Counted from the stretch's first letter, positions 28,995-39,841 are shown. The stretch is 64,000 nucleotides of DNA from Alphaproteobacteria bacterium (GCA_038137215.1 JAYQBG010000001.1:40145-104144); one strand, 5' to 3'. Notes: a model not told the origin generated them from the letters alone. Numbers and translations are program-made.

Positions 28995-30107
28995 ATGAAC
29001 CCAGCCATGCCGGGTGAAAATCCGTTGATTGCGCGACTCAAAGACCGCATTTCGACCTACGGGCCGATCAGTGTGGCCGAGTTCATGCAAACCGCCCTCG
29101 GCGATCAGGACAGTGGCTACTACACGACACGCGATCCGTTCGGCGTGGCCGGGGATTTCACGACCTCGCCGGAAATTTCACAGGTTTTCGGCGAACTCAT
29201 CGGCCTGTGGTGCGCCGACACCTGGTACGCAATGGGTTCGCCCAAGGCCTTTGCCCTGGTCGAGCTCGGACCCGGACGCGGCACCCTGATGTCCGATGCC
29301 CTGCGTGCCTTGCGCCACGTCCCGGCCTGGCGCGCGGCGGCCAGCCTGCACATGGTCGAGACCAGCCCGGTGCTGCGCGAAGTCCAACAGGAGACCCTGC
29401 GCGGCGAGAACATCAGCTGGCATCGCGAGATGCCCGATCTCGGCCGGACACCCGTCATCTTCCTGGCGAACGAGTTTCTCGACGCATTGCCCGTCGAGCA
29501 ATATGTAAAACACAACGGCGCCTGGTCCGAACGCGTGGTGGCCTTTGATGCCGACCACGACCGGTTTTGCTTCGGCCTGGACCGGTCGAGGCGCTTGCCG
29601 CCCGGCCCCTTCACCCGGCACCTGGTTTCGGCCGAAGACGGATCGGTGTTCGAGTTCTCTCCCGAAGTCCGCAATGCCATTGCCGATATGGCCGGCCGGA
29701 TTCTCGAACATGGCGGGGCGGGTCTGATCATCGACTATGGATATACCCGCCACGCGACGGGCCAGACCCTGCAGGCCGTGCGCAAGCACCGTCCGGTGGA
29801 CCCTCTGGACACGCCCGGTGATTGCGACCTGACGGCACATGTGAACTTCCAGTTGGTGGCCGAAACCGCAGAAGCCGCCGGGACAAAAGCGTGGGGCCCT
29901 GTGGATCAGGGCGTTTTCCTGCAAAAAATCGGCATCATCGAACGCGCCAACACCCTCCTGAAGCGCGCCAATGTCGTGCAGGCCCACGATATCCGCACCG
30001 CTGTAAACCGCCTCATCGCACCCGCGGAAATGGGGGCGCTGTTCAAGGTCATGGCGCTGTCGGACCCCCAGATCACGCAGCTGGCCGGCTTCGAGGCAGA
30101 CGACTGA
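28995..30107 (+). CDS. class I SAM-dependent methyltransferase, MidA/NDUFAF7 family
   Basis: 370 aa from ATG 28995 just after lgt stop; DFTTSPEISQVFGELIG and ELGPGRGTLMSD blocks; conserved lgt-MidA-pgeF order. Confidence 0.8.
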   Translation: MNPAMPGENPLIARLKDRISTYGPISVAEFMQTALGDQDSGYYTTRDPFGVAGDFTTSPEISQVFGELIGLWCADTWYAMGSPKAFALVELGPGRGTLMSDALRALRHVPAWRAAASLHMVETSPVLREVQQETLRGENISWHREMPDLGRTPVIFLANEFLDALPVEQYVKHNGAWSERVVAFDADHDRFCFGLDRSRRLPPGPFTRHLVSAEDGSVFEFSPEVRNAIADMAGRILEHGGAGLIIDYGYTRHATGQTLQAVRKHRPVDPLDTPGDCDLTAHVNFQLVAETAEAAGTKAWGPVDQGVFLQKIGIIERANTLLKRANVVQAHDIRTAVNRLIAPAEMGALFKVMALSDPQITQLAGFEADD

Positions 30108-30111
30108 ACCT

Positions 30112-30891
30112 ATGGATTCCGCTCACGTCATTGCCGCCCCCCTGGCAAGCCGCCCCGGCATCCGGCACGCCTTTCTGACGCGCCGCGGCGGCGTCAGCAC
30201 CGGTATCTATGCCGGGCTGAACTGCGGCCTTGGCTCTTCCGACAATCCCGACCATGTCCGGGAAAACAGATCGCGGGCCGCGCGAATGATCGACGTGTCA
30301 CCCGACCGGCTGCGAACCCTCTATCAGGTGCACTCCGCGCGGGTTGTCGATGCAGACGGCACCTGGCCCGAACAACCTGCCGAGGCAGATGCGCTGGTCT
30401 GCTCCACGCCGGACACTGCCATCGGAGTTCTGGCCGCCGATTGTGCGCCGGTTCTCTTCGCCGACCCCGACGCACGCGTCATCGGCGCCGCGCATGCCGG
30501 ATGGCGCGGTGCTCTCGACGGGGTGGTGGGTGCCACCGTGGCCGCCATGGTGACCCGTGGTGCGCAGCGAGACCGGATAACAGCCGTTGTGGGACCGTGT
30601 ATCGGCCCCGATTCCTATGAAGTGGGACCGGAGTTTCCGGCGCCCTTCCTAGAACAGAACGCTGCGAACCGGCGGTTTTTCGTCGAGAAACCCGGTTCGG
30701 ACCGCCTGCTCTTTGATCTGCCCGGCTATGTCCGACACCGGCTGACGGAATCCGGCATCCGTGACGCGCATGTCACCGATCAGGATACTTATGGAGATGA
30801 AAACCTGTTCAGCTACCGGCGCAGTTGCCATCGCAGCGAACCCGATTACGGTCGCAATCTTTCGCTCATAGCCCTGACGGCCGACGACTAG
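30112..30891 (+). CDS. pgeF: peptidoglycan editing factor PgeF (YfiH/DUF152 laccase-domain protein)
   Basis: His/Cys/His triad context HAGWRG ... VGPCIGP. Confidence 0.85.
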   Translation: MDSAHVIAAPLASRPGIRHAFLTRRGGVSTGIYAGLNCGLGSSDNPDHVRENRSRAARMIDVSPDRLRTLYQVHSARVVDADGTWPEQPAEADALVCSTPDTAIGVLAADCAPVLFADPDARVIGAAHAGWRGALDGVVGATVAAMVTRGAQRDRITAVVGPCIGPDSYEVGPEFPAPFLEQNAANRRFFVEKPGSDRLLFDLPGYVRHRLTESGIRDAHVTDQDTYGDENLFSYRRSCHRSEPDYGRNLSLIALTADD

Positions 30892-30949
30892 CCAATGCCC
30901 TATCTTATCATGCTCCTTTTTATGGTGCTTGCCGCGACAATGGTCAGCT

Positions 30950-31855
30950 GTGTGCTCTAGGCTTCTTGTTCTCGCCATTCTGGTGCTGACGGCCTGTCAG
31001 CCGGTGCCCCGGCCGTTTGAAGCAGGGCGTGAAACCCCCAACGCGCTTTTGCAGCTCTCGGATACCAGCGGTGTCGCCGTCCTGCCGATCGCTGACGCGC
31101 CGCCCGCCACCGCCCGGAAACTCGCCGAAGAGATGGCGGCATCCCTGATTGCACGCAATGTGCCCGCCTTCGTCACAGGCGGGAACCGGTCAAGCCTGCT
31201 GTTGTCCGGTGAGGTCATCGACCCGGGACGGGACGCGAAGATCGTCTGGACATTGTACGATTCCACCCGAGAAGAACTCGCCCGCCACGACCAGATTATC
31301 GAGGGCACCCCGATCGACCGCTGGGCCGCCGCAGACCCCGAACTCATGGCTCAGCTAGCCGGCGAAGCGGCACCGGCGATCGCCGTGTTCATCCAGGGCG
31401 AAGCCGTTCCCGAGGTTCTCGTGCCGCCCATCTTCGTCGGGGCTGTCAGCGGCGGCAAGGACGTGGATACGATTCGCCTGGAAACCGCATTGCGACAGGC
31501 TTTGCGTCAACAGGGCGCGCGCCTGGCCTCACTCCCCTCGCCCGAAACTTTAGTGGCCAGCGCGACTGTGCAGATCACACCACTGTCCGACGCACGCAGC
31601 GAGGTCGCCATCACCTGGGCGATTCGTGACCCCTATGGCACCGAGATCGGGAAAATCGACCAGGCGAGCCCGTTCCCGCGCGAGGCGCTGGCCACCGAGT
31701 GGGGCAACATTTCCCGCCAGGCCGGGATCGCCGCGGCGGCAGGCATGGTCGAACTGGTCTCGCAGATTGACTGGAGTCAGGGTTTCATTCCGCCGGACCC
31801 GAAAACCCGTCCTGCGCGTCAATCGGATGCCCCCGGTCTTATCCCCAGAGGGTGA
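30950..31855 (+). CDS. hypothetical lipoprotein
   Basis: GTG start giving MCSRLLVLAILVLTAC lipobox signal; no recognisable domain; longer TTG start at 30929 possible. Confidence 0.5.
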   Translation: MCSRLLVLAILVLTACQPVPRPFEAGRETPNALLQLSDTSGVAVLPIADAPPATARKLAEEMAASLIARNVPAFVTGGNRSSLLLSGEVIDPGRDAKIVWTLYDSTREELARHDQIIEGTPIDRWAAADPELMAQLAGEAAPAIAVFIQGEAVPEVLVPPIFVGAVSGGKDVDTIRLETALRQALRQQGARLASLPSPETLVASATVQITPLSDARSEVAITWAIRDPYGTEIGKIDQASPFPREALATEWGNISRQAGIAAAAGMVELVSQIDWSQGFIPPDPKTRPARQSDAPGLIPRG

Positions 31856-31984
31856 TTGTTTACACGACCCTGACGGATTGATAATTTCCCGCGCAAGAAA
31901 TGTCGGGGCTGTCGTGTTTCGGCAAATTCAACAGGTTTCCAGGAAACAACAATTCGCTGCGATGGCAGCGCGGGGGCAAGTACG

Positions 31985-32917
31985 ATGAAGGTGCTGGCAT
32001 GCAACAGCAATCGTCCGCTTGCCGAGGCGATTTCGGCATACCTCAATATTGAACTGACACGCGCCTCCATTCGGCGATTTTCCGATATGGAAGTGTTCGT
32101 GGAAATTCTCGAGAACGTGCGCGGCGAGGATGTCTTCGTTGTGCAGTCCACGTCCTATCCTGCCAACGACAATCTGATGGAACTGCTCGTGACGCTGGAC
32201 GCCCTGCGACGCGGCTCGGCCCGGCGCATCACGGCGGTCATGCCCTACTTCGGATACGCCCGGCAGGACCGGAAAACCGGGCCCCGCACCCCCATTTCAG
32301 CCAAGCTGGTGGCCAATCTGATCACCCGTGCCGGCGCCGACCGCGTGCTGACACTGGACCTTCACGCCGGTCAGATTCAGGGGTTCTTCGACATTCCCGT
32401 GGACAACCTGTTCGCTGGCCCCCTGTTCTCCGAAGACATCGAAAGCAATGCCAAAAGCGGCGATCTGGTCGTGATTTCACCCGATGTCGGCGGTGTGGTG
32501 CGCGCACGCGGCCTCGCCAAACGGCTTGACGCCGATCTCGCGATCATTGATAAGCGCCGCGAACGGGCTGGCGTTTCCGAAGTGATGAACATTATCGGTG
32601 ACGTCGCCGGGCGGCAATGCATTCTGATCGACGATATCTGTGATAGCGCCGGAACACTGTGCAACGCTGCCGCAGCGCTGAAGGAGCAAGGCGCCGAGTC
32701 GGTTTCCGCGTTTGTGACACATGGTGTCCTCTCGGGTGGAGCCGTCGGGCGCGTGGCCGCTTCGCCGCTGGAGACCCTGGTGATGACGGACTCGATACAG
32801 GCAACCGAAGCGGTGCGTGTGGCGAGCAATATCCGTCAGCTGACCGTCGCACCCCTGCTGGGCGAAGCGATTGACCGGATCAGCAAGGAAGCCTCGGTTT
32901 CAAGCCTGTTCAACTAG
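31985..32917 (+). CDS. prs: ribose-phosphate pyrophosphokinase
   Basis: Canonical Prs blocks ([15 protein letters not shown]-binding [13 protein letters not shown]). Confidence 0.95.
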   Translation: MKVLACNSNRPLAEAISAYLNIELTRASIRRFSDMEVFVEILENVRGEDVFVVQSTSYPANDNLMELLVTLDALRRGSARRITAVMPYFGYARQDRKTGPRTPISAKLVANLITRAGADRVLTLDLHAGQIQGFFDIPVDNLFAGPLFSEDIESNAKSGDLVVISPDVGGVVRARGLAKRLDADLAIIDKRRERAGVSEVMNIIGDVAGRQCILIDDICDSAGTLCNAAAALKEQGAESVSAFVTHGVLSGGAVGRVAASPLETLVMTDSIQATEAVRVASNIRQLTVAPLLGEAIDRISKEASVSSLFN

Positions 32918-32998
32918 TCTGTCGACGCATCCCGCGTCGAATTGAACCGTTCCGGTGGTGGCACCCTTGGAGGCATCGCCGGGCTTGAGGAGTGAACA

Positions 32999-33673
32999 AT
33001 GTCCGATACCGTGACTTTCAATGCGGAATCGCGCGCGCAGGTAGGCAAGGGGGCCGCCCGCGCAATTCGTAGAAACGGCCGTGTTCCGGCAGTTGTCTAT
33101 GGCGCGAACAAAGACCCCGAAGCCATTTCGATCGATCCGGGCCAGTTGCGCGCTGCGCGAATGCAGCCCGGTTTTTTCGCCACGCTGTTTGATGTGGAGA
33201 TCGATGGGAAGAGCCAACAGGTGCTGTGCCGCGACTTGCAACTGCATCCCGTCAATGACCGTCCCATGCATGCAGATTTTCTGCGGGTGACCGAATCGAC
33301 CCGGATTAACGTCGAAATCCCTGTCACCTTCGAAAATGAAGAGGCTTCGCCTGGGCTGAAGGGTGGCGGCGTGCTCAACGTCGTGCGCCACGTGGTCGAG
33401 GTGATGTGCCGTGCCGGTGCGATCCCGAACGACATCGTCGTCGATTTGAGCGGTCTCGAAGTCGGAGACAGCGTGCACATCTCCGAAATCACACTGCCGG
33501 ACGGCGTCAAACCCACGATCGATGACCGCGACTTTACGATCGCAACCATTGCCGCACCGACCGTGGCCGTGGTTGAGGATGACGTCGAAGACGAGGATGC
33601 CGAAGGCGAAGACGCCGAGGGCACCGAGGGTGACGACGGTGGTGACAACGAAGGCGGCGAGGACGACAGCTAA
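32999..33673 (+). CDS. rplY: 50S ribosomal protein L25 / general stress protein Ctc, with acidic C-terminal tail
   Basis: RAIRRNGRVPAVVYG ... two-domain Ctc form; C-terminus EDDVEDEDAEGEDAEGTEGDDGGDNEGGEDDS. Confidence 0.9.
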   Translation: MSDTVTFNAESRAQVGKGAARAIRRNGRVPAVVYGANKDPEAISIDPGQLRAARMQPGFFATLFDVEIDGKSQQVLCRDLQLHPVNDRPMHADFLRVTESTRINVEIPVTFENEEASPGLKGGGVLNVVRHVVEVMCRAGAIPNDIVVDLSGLEVGDSVHISEITLPDGVKPTIDDRDFTIATIAAPTVAVVEDDVEDEDAEGEDAEGTEGDDGGDNEGGEDDS

Positions 33674-33697
33674 GCCTCCCGCAGGCGGACCAACGCA

Positions 33698-34411
33698 ATG
33701 CGACTGGTTGTAGGTCTTGGAAATCCGGGACCGAAATACAGAAACAACCGACACAATATCGGCTTCATGGCGGCGGACGAAATCGTTCGCCGCCATGGGC
33801 TTTCTGCGCCCCGGTCCAAGTTCCAGGGTGAGGTCAGCGAAGGCGAGATCGGGGGTGACAAGGTCATGGTTCTCAAACCCGCCACCTTCATGAATGAATC
33901 CGGACGCTCCGTCGGCGAAGCGGTCCGTTTCTACAAACTGAATACCGAAGACGTCTTTGTAATCTATGACGAGATCGACCTGGCCGCCGCGAAAATTCGT
34001 GTCAAACAGGGCGGCGGTCATGCCGGCCATAACGGGCTGCGCAGCATTGACGCCCATCTCAGCGATAAGAACTACTGGCGGGTCCGGCTGGGGATCGGAC
34101 ATCCGGGCGAAAAATCCCAGGTGAGCAATCACGTCCTCGGAGACTTCTCGAAACAGGACCGGCTCTGGGTCGAACGGGAACTGGATGCACTGGCCGCCGA
34201 GCTGCCGTTGCTGCTCAGCGGTGAGACGAACGACTTAATGAGCCGTGTCGCGATGGCCGCGCAGGGCGGAAAAGCAAACAAACCGGCAGAGACGCCCGCC
34301 CCTCCGGCGGAAGCTCGGCACGAGCACGGCAATCCCGCCGTCAAGGCGGACGAAACCGTGCTCGGGCAGGCACTGTCTCGCGCCATGAACCGATTGCGGG
34401 GACGCGACTGA
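33698..34411 (+). CDS. pth: peptidyl-tRNA hydrolase
   Basis: LVVGLGNPGPKYRNNRHNIGFM and GHNGLRS catalytic blocks; ~45 aa C-terminal extension. Confidence 0.9.
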   Translation: MRLVVGLGNPGPKYRNNRHNIGFMAADEIVRRHGLSAPRSKFQGEVSEGEIGGDKVMVLKPATFMNESGRSVGEAVRFYKLNTEDVFVIYDEIDLAAAKIRVKQGGGHAGHNGLRSIDAHLSDKNYWRVRLGIGHPGEKSQVSNHVLGDFSKQDRLWVERELDALAAELPLLLSGETNDLMSRVAMAAQGGKANKPAETPAPPAEARHEHGNPAVKADETVLGQALSRAMNRLRGRD

Positions 34412-34412
34412 T

Positions 34413-35513
34413 ATGGGTTTCAACTGCGGCATCGTGGGCCTCCCGAATGTGGGAAAATCCACTCTTTTCAACGCTTTGACGGCAACCGCACAGGCCGAGG
34501 CAGCGAACTATCCGTTCTGCACCATTGAACCAAATGCCGGCCGGGTCGCGGTGCCCGACCCGCGTCTGAATGAACTCGCCACCCTGGCGAAATCCGCCAA
34601 GGTGGTGCCGACCTATCTGGAATTCGTGGACATCGCCGGACTGGTCCGCGGCGCGAGCAAGGGCGAAGGATTGGGTAACAAATTCCTGTCCCATATCCGG
34701 GAAGTCGATGCGGTCTGTCATGTGCTGCGTTGTTTCGATGGCGGCGAGGTCACCCATGTGGAGGGCAGTGTCGATCCCGTGCGCGATGCCGAGATCGTCG
34801 AAACCGAGTTGCTGCTCGCCGACCTGGAAGCCATGGAACGCCGCTTCGAGATGACCGAGAAGCGCGCCAAGGGCGGCGACAAGGAAGCCCGGGCCCAGAT
34901 GGCGGTTCTCGAGCCGGTCATTGCCGTCCTGCGTGACGGAAAGCCCGCCCGGACGGCCGAAATCAACGAAGACCAGATACCCGCCTTCCGGCAGCTGCAA
35001 CTGATCACCGCCAAACCCGTCCTCTATGTCTGCAATGTGGACGAGGAATCCACCGCCACCGGCAATGCCCATACGCAGGCGGTCAAGGCAATGGCGACCG
35101 AAATGGGTGCCAAGGCGGTTGTGGTTTCGGCCGAGATCGAGGCCGAGGTTGCGCAACTCGACAGCCCGGAAGAACGGCTGGAGTTTCTCGAGGGACTGGG
35201 CCTGAACGAAACCGGATTGTCCCGGGTCATTCGGGCTGGCTACGAACTTCTTGATCTGATTACGTTTTTCACGTCCGGCCCGAAGGAAACCCGTGCTTGG
35301 ACCGTGGCCAAAGGCGCCACCGCGCCCGAAGCTGCCGGTCGGATTCATACCGATTTCCAGAAGGGCTTCATCCGGGCCGAGACCATCGCCTATGACGACT
35401 ACATCCAGCATGGCGGCGAACAGGGCGCCAAGGATGCAGGCCGGATGCGCCAGGAAGGGCGTGACTATGTTGCCCGGGACGGGGACGTGATGCTGTTCCG
35501 CTTCAATGTCTGA
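34413..35513 (+). CDS. ychF: ribosome-binding ATPase YchF
   Basis: [19 protein letters not shown]-loop, TGS C-terminal domain. Confidence 0.95.
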   Translation: MGFNCGIVGLPNVGKSTLFNALTATAQAEAANYPFCTIEPNAGRVAVPDPRLNELATLAKSAKVVPTYLEFVDIAGLVRGASKGEGLGNKFLSHIREVDAVCHVLRCFDGGEVTHVEGSVDPVRDAEIVETELLLADLEAMERRFEMTEKRAKGGDKEARAQMAVLEPVIAVLRDGKPARTAEINEDQIPAFRQLQLITAKPVLYVCNVDEESTATGNAHTQAVKAMATEMGAKAVVVSAEIEAEVAQLDSPEERLEFLEGLGLNETGLSRVIRAGYELLDLITFFTSGPKETRAWTVAKGATAPEAAGRIHTDFQKGFIRAETIAYDDYIQHGGEQGAKDAGRMRQEGRDYVARDGDVMLFRFNV

Positions 35514-35563
35514 GGCTAGGATGCCGACCGCAACAAAACATCATTTCACCGGGGAGAGTACAC

Positions 35564-36232
35564 ATGGGTAAGGACCTGAAACTGACCGCGAGCGACGGAC
35601 ACAGCTTTGACGCCTATCAGGCCGATCCGGACGGCGACGTCCGCGGCGGGGTTGTCATCATCCAGGAAATTTTCGGCGTTAACGACGACATCCGTGAAAC
35701 CGTCGACAACTTCGCCAAAGAGGGCTATGTCGCCATCGCCCCGGCGCTGTTCGACCGGCACGAGCGGGATGCCGTGCTCGGCTTCGATGAAGACGGTATG
35801 GCAAAGGGCCGCGCGCTGAAGGGGGCACTCAACTGGGACGATGTCATCAAGGACGTGAATGCATCCGTTGCCGAGATCGAGGACGCCGGCAAAATCGGCA
35901 TTGTCGGGTTCTGCATGGGGGGTTCCGTGGCATGGTTTGCCGCCGCGGGTTCACCGGTCGATGCAGCGGTCTGCTACTATGGCGGCGACATCCTGGCCCA
36001 TGAGGACAAGTCACCCAATTGCCCGGTCATGTTCCATTGGGGTGCAGAGGATCATGGAATCCCACTGGACAGTGTGAAGAAGGTCGAGGCGGCCCATCCG
36101 GAGATTCCCAGCTTCATCTATGAAGGTGCTGGACACGGCTTCAGCTGCTCGCGACGCGGATCCTATCACAAGGAAGCTGCCCGCGTGGCAATGGGCCGGA
36201 CGCTTGAATTCCTCTTGGAAAATATCGGCTGA
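35564..36232 (+). CDS. dienelactone hydrolase family protein
   Basis: 222 aa alpha/beta hydrolase with nucleophile elbow GFCMGG. Confidence 0.8.
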   Translation: MGKDLKLTASDGHSFDAYQADPDGDVRGGVVIIQEIFGVNDDIRETVDNFAKEGYVAIAPALFDRHERDAVLGFDEDGMAKGRALKGALNWDDVIKDVNASVAEIEDAGKIGIVGFCMGGSVAWFAAAGSPVDAAVCYYGGDILAHEDKSPNCPVMFHWGAEDHGIPLDSVKKVEAAHPEIPSFIYEGAGHGFSCSRRGSYHKEAARVAMGRTLEFLLENIG

Positions 36233-36242
36233 TCTTTGAACG

Positions 36243-36273
36243 CGCCCCGCTGCGATCAACGCGCAGCGGGGCG
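36243..36273. terminator. bidirectional hairpin terminator between convergent genes
   Basis: 12-bp perfect inverted repeat CGCCCCGCTGCG-atcaacg-CGCAGCGGGGCG. Confidence 0.5.
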
Positions 36274-36281
36274 CCGTCCGA

Positions 36282-36833
36282 TTATCCGCAGTCTCCGCTC
36301 AGCAGCAGGCGGCGCAGGTTCTTCGAGACTGCTTCTTCGCCAATCCAGAGCCGCAGGAGCGGGCGGAATACGTCATCGTCCGGCATTTCACGGCGGACCG
36401 CGCCATTCACGATAAGCCGGGCGCCCATTTCCGGTGCATAGACGATACGGACCTCATCACCCGACTCGAAATTCGCATAGATCTCGCGCACGGTCTGTTC
36501 CAGTTCCTCACGGACCATCCGGTCCAGCGGCTATGACCAGCTCTGCGGTATGTTGTCGGGAAGATCCCCGTAAAGAATTTTCAGCTGGACCGCCTTGGGC
36601 GTGCTGGCTGCCAGAATCTCATCCTGACCGAGCCCCGCCCGCGGCAGATAGAGCGCAGCCGCATAGAGGTCGAAAAACAGCGCCTCGCGGGCCCCGCACC
36701 CATGCAATTGCAGCGTCTGCGCCCCCGCCCGGATCTGTTCGGGAAAAGTGACACCCTCGATCTGTGCATAAGCGGCCGGCGTCATGAGGCTGGCAGCCCA
36801 GATAACCAGTCCGAAAATCATCGGCTTGCGCAT
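36282..36833 (-). pseudogene. chalcone-isomerase-like family secreted protein interrupted by in-frame TAG (36531..36533)
   Basis: ORFs 36531..36833 and 36282..36518 are in the same frame and together form one ~183 aa Chalcone_3-type protein (signal peptide, GVTFPEQIRAGAQTLQLHGCGAREALFFDLYAAALYLP ... then ELEQTVREIYANF ... LLRLWIGEEAVSKNLRRLL); sequence reads ...PQSWS-TAG-PLDRMVREE... Confidence 0.65.
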
Positions 36834-36966
36834 TCTTCGATTTCCCTCGTTTCCAGGAAGCAGCCAGCAACAAGCAGCCGGCTCAAACCCGAAACGTCTG
36901 AAAACCGTGGCCGTTCCCCAACGATTTCGCGGCAGTCCCCGCTATCGCGAAGAAAATCCCATAGCG

Positions 36967-37863
36967 CTAATCGTCCATCGCCTCTGCGAACACGAGGAAC
37001 GTGCCGCATGCCTCCTCAGAGGACACGATGACCGCATCCGTGCTGTCCCGCTCGAAGGCCACCTGCTGGCCACTGAGATACATGGCCGTGACCTGCGGGT
37101 CAGCCACCGAAAGTGTCAGTGCTGCCAGACGCGGCAATGCCAGGCCGGGATCAATGGACTTGTCGTAGTGCCGTTCCGGGAAGGTCCTGGGCGTCACGAA
37201 GCACAGAGCATTGCGGCCGGTCTCGACCGTGATGTGACCCCTGCGCTCATCACCCGTGACCGCATCCGCGCCAAACAGGCGGGCATAGGCTTCTGCCACA
37301 CCCTCAAGGTCTTCCATGACGATCGTGACTTCGGCAATGCCGTTCGCGCCATTGGGGTGCGACAACCATCTCGGCCGGCGCACCTCATCCGGGGACAGAT
37401 GTTCACACGCGAAGGTTTTCAGACCCGGGGTCAGGGACTCGGGCAGATAAACGTTGCGAAACTTCAGAATTTCATCGCCATCGCCGGTCTCCAGAAGCCG
37501 CTGAAGGCTCTCCGGCGGCGAGGCATCCACGCCCTGCCCCTGCAACCAGCGAAAGGAGGATTCAGCATCCTCGGTTGCCAGCGCGACATTGAGCAGGCCT
37601 TCGCCCGTTTCCAGAAACGTATCGAGACCGTGGATGTACTGATCGGCATCGATCACACCGAGAAGTTCGACATAGTCGCTCTCGAACATGATCGTGTAGT
37701 TGCCCGTCCCCCAACCGATATGGCGTCCACGCGGAGTCGTCGTGAACCCGAGCCGCTCGAAGCTCTCGCGCGCACGTTCCAGATCCGCCACACCGATCAG
37801 GGCATGGTCGATCCCGGTGATCGGACGATCCGTCACCATTCCGGTGCCATTGGCATCAGACAT
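36967..37863 (-). CDS. VOC (glyoxalase/bleomycin-resistance/dioxygenase) family protein, tandem domains
   Basis: 298 aa with two VOC-like halves (IDHALIGVADLERARESFERLGF; second half around GIAEVTIVMEDLEGVAEAY). Confidence 0.7.
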   Translation of the reverse strand: MSDANGTGMVTDRPITGIDHALIGVADLERARESFERLGFTTTPRGRHIGWGTGNYTIMFESDYVELLGVIDADQYIHGLDTFLETGEGLLNVALATEDAESSFRWLQGQGVDASPPESLQRLLETGDGDEILKFRNVYLPESLTPGLKTFACEHLSPDEVRRPRWLSHPNGANGIAEVTIVMEDLEGVAEAYARLFGADAVTGDERRGHITVETGRNALCFVTPRTFPERHYDKSIDPGLALPRLAALTLSVADPQVTAMYLSGQQVAFERDSTDAVIVSSEEACGTFLVFAEAMDD

Positions 37864-37983
37864 CTTTCAAACTCCCAACGCGTACGATCTGGCTCACAGA
37901 CGCACCATGATCGCTCGACATCCATTGTATTACGTCAATGCCCCAACGGAAAAGGCGCACCAATCCGGAACGTGAGCCCCGAT

Positions 37984-38874
37984 TCAGCCCAGGACCCGGC
38001 CGGCGACCACCTCCAGACGCTGCGCAATCCCCGGATCGCGCGCATCCGGTGCGGTGATCAACGCATTGTCGAGGCTCGTGTGGCAGCCCTGGCCACACAC
38101 CGCATCACGCTCTGAGAGCCGCGGCACAAGGGCACGAATCAGCGCACGGCCCTTGTCGGCATTTTCAAACAGGATTTTGATCACCTGTTCAACGGTAACG
38201 TCGTCATGATCGTCGTGCCAGCAATCGTAATCGGTCACCATGGCCACTGTGGCGTAGCAGAGTTCCGCTTCGCGGGCGAGTTTGGCTTCCGGCATGTTGG
38301 TCATCCCGATCACCGAACAGACCCAGGACCGGTAGAGTTCCGATTCCGCGCGGCTCGAGAATTGCGGGCCTTCCATCACCAGATAGGTCCCGCCACGCAC
38401 AGCGTCGATGCCGACCTCATCCGCCGCCGCGGCAAGGTGGTCACCCAGCCGGCTGCAGACCGGATCGGCCATCGAGACATGTGCAACCAGCCCGGTCTCG
38501 AAGAAGGATTTCACCCGCGCAAAGGTTCGGTCGATGAACTGGTCCACGATCACGAAGGTTCCCGGCGGTAGGTCTTCGCGTAACGATCCCACAGCCGACA
38601 GGGACACAATTTCCGTGACACCCACACGCTTGAGCGCCTCGATATTGGCCCGAAAGTTCAGCTCGGATGGCGGTACCCTGTGGCCGCGCCCGTGGCGAGG
38701 CAGAAACACCACCTGCTGTCCGTCCAGGGTGCCGAACATCAGTTCGTCGGACGGCGCTCCATAGGGCGTATTGACTCCTTCCCAGCGGACATCGCTGAGG
38801 CCCTCGATATCGTAGATACCGCTGCCCCCGATAATGCCCAGCACGGGCGGGACGGATGCGTGGTTCGCCGCCAT
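37984..38874 (-). CDS. mtnP: S-methyl-5'-thioadenosine phosphorylase
   Basis: LGIIGGSGIYDI ... FLPRHGRGHRVPPSELNFRANIEALKRVGV, PNP/MTAP family. Confidence 0.85.
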   Translation of the reverse strand: MAANHASVPPVLGIIGGSGIYDIEGLSDVRWEGVNTPYGAPSDELMFGTLDGQQVVFLPRHGRGHRVPPSELNFRANIEALKRVGVTEIVSLSAVGSLREDLPPGTFVIVDQFIDRTFARVKSFFETGLVAHVSMADPVCSRLGDHLAAAADEVGIDAVRGGTYLVMEGPQFSSRAESELYRSWVCSVIGMTNMPEAKLAREAELCYATVAMVTDYDCWHDDHDDVTVEQVIKILFENADKGRALIRALVPRLSERDAVCGQGCHTSLDNALITAPDARDPGIAQRLEVVAGRVLG

Positions 38875-38883
38875 CCTGCTCTC

Positions 38884-39765
38884 CTACTGGCTGCGCGGCA
38901 GCAATTCGAGCAGTTCGGCGGCCCGTTCCGGTTCGACCGGTTCTGCGTCGAGTTCACGCATGATTCGCACGGCCTTCTCCACGAGTTGCGCATTGCTGGC
39001 GAAGACGCCCTTCTCCAGATAGAGATTATCCTCGAGGCCAACACGCACATGCCCGCCATTGTTGACGGATTCCGCGACGATCTTGAATTCGGAGCGGCTG
39101 ATCCCGAAGGCCGCCCAGTTGGCATTGCGCGGCAGCATGCTCTCCATCACCTGCAACATCTGCGGTGTCGCCGGTGATCCCCAGGGGATCCCAAGGCAAA
39201 GCTGGAACAACGCGGGGCTTTCGATTAGGCCCTTCTCGATCAGGTCAATCGCAAAGCGGATATGGCCCGGCTCGAAGACTTCGATCTCGGGCTTCACGCC
39301 GGCATCCTTGATCATTTCAGCCATCTTGCGCAGATGGGCCGGCGTGTTCATGAACACCGCCTCGCCGAAATTCATGGTGCCGCAGTCGAGCGTGCAGATG
39401 TCCGGACGCAGTTCCAGAACATGCCGCAGACGAATTTCCGGGGTGGTGAGCGTCGATTCCTCGTTGCCCATCATCGGGTTGTCGTCGCTGGGAATAAACC
39501 GCGCGCCTTCACCGGTGGTCAGGTTGATCAGGATGTCACAATCGGCGTCGCGAATCCGTTCCACCACCTCGCGGAAATAGGCCGGGTTCCCCGACCGCGA
39601 ACCATCCGGCTCGCGCACATGAATATGCGCCACGGCTGCGCCGGCCTGGCGGGCCTCGATTGCCTCATTAGCAATCTGCTCCGGCGTGATCGGAAAGTTC
39701 GGATGATTGTGAAAATTCATATGCCCGCCGGTCAGCGCGGCAGTCACAATGGTTTCGTTGGCCAT
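38884..39765 (-). CDS. 3-keto-5-aminohexanoate cleavage enzyme family (BKACE/DUF849) protein
   Basis: TAALTGG ... HIHVREPDGS ... TIM-barrel BKACE blocks. Confidence 0.8.
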   Translation of the reverse strand: MANETIVTAALTGGHMNFHNHPNFPITPEQIANEAIEARQAGAAVAHIHVREPDGSRSGNPAYFREVVERIRDADCDILINLTTGEGARFIPSDDNPMMGNEESTLTTPEIRLRHVLELRPDICTLDCGTMNFGEAVFMNTPAHLRKMAEMIKDAGVKPEIEVFEPGHIRFAIDLIEKGLIESPALFQLCLGIPWGSPATPQMLQVMESMLPRNANWAAFGISRSEFKIVAESVNNGGHVRVGLEDNLYLEKGVFASNAQLVEKAVRIMRELDAEPVEPERAAELLELLPRSQ

Positions 39766-39841
39766 GTTTCCCCCTTTGCGGTGTTTGTTTTCGGATCGGA
39801 CCGGTGCGTTAGTGTACCGGAAAGGTCCGTCCGGGCTTACG

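Noticed and set aside
32900-35411. Large minus ORFs (32900..34132, 34341..35411) across rplY-pth-ychF
   Set aside because: Antisense to three universally conserved genes.
36784-38115. 443-aa plus ORF over the VOC and MTAP genes
   Set aside because: Minus-strand genes have clear MTAP and VOC signatures; plus ORF is Arg/Gly-rich.
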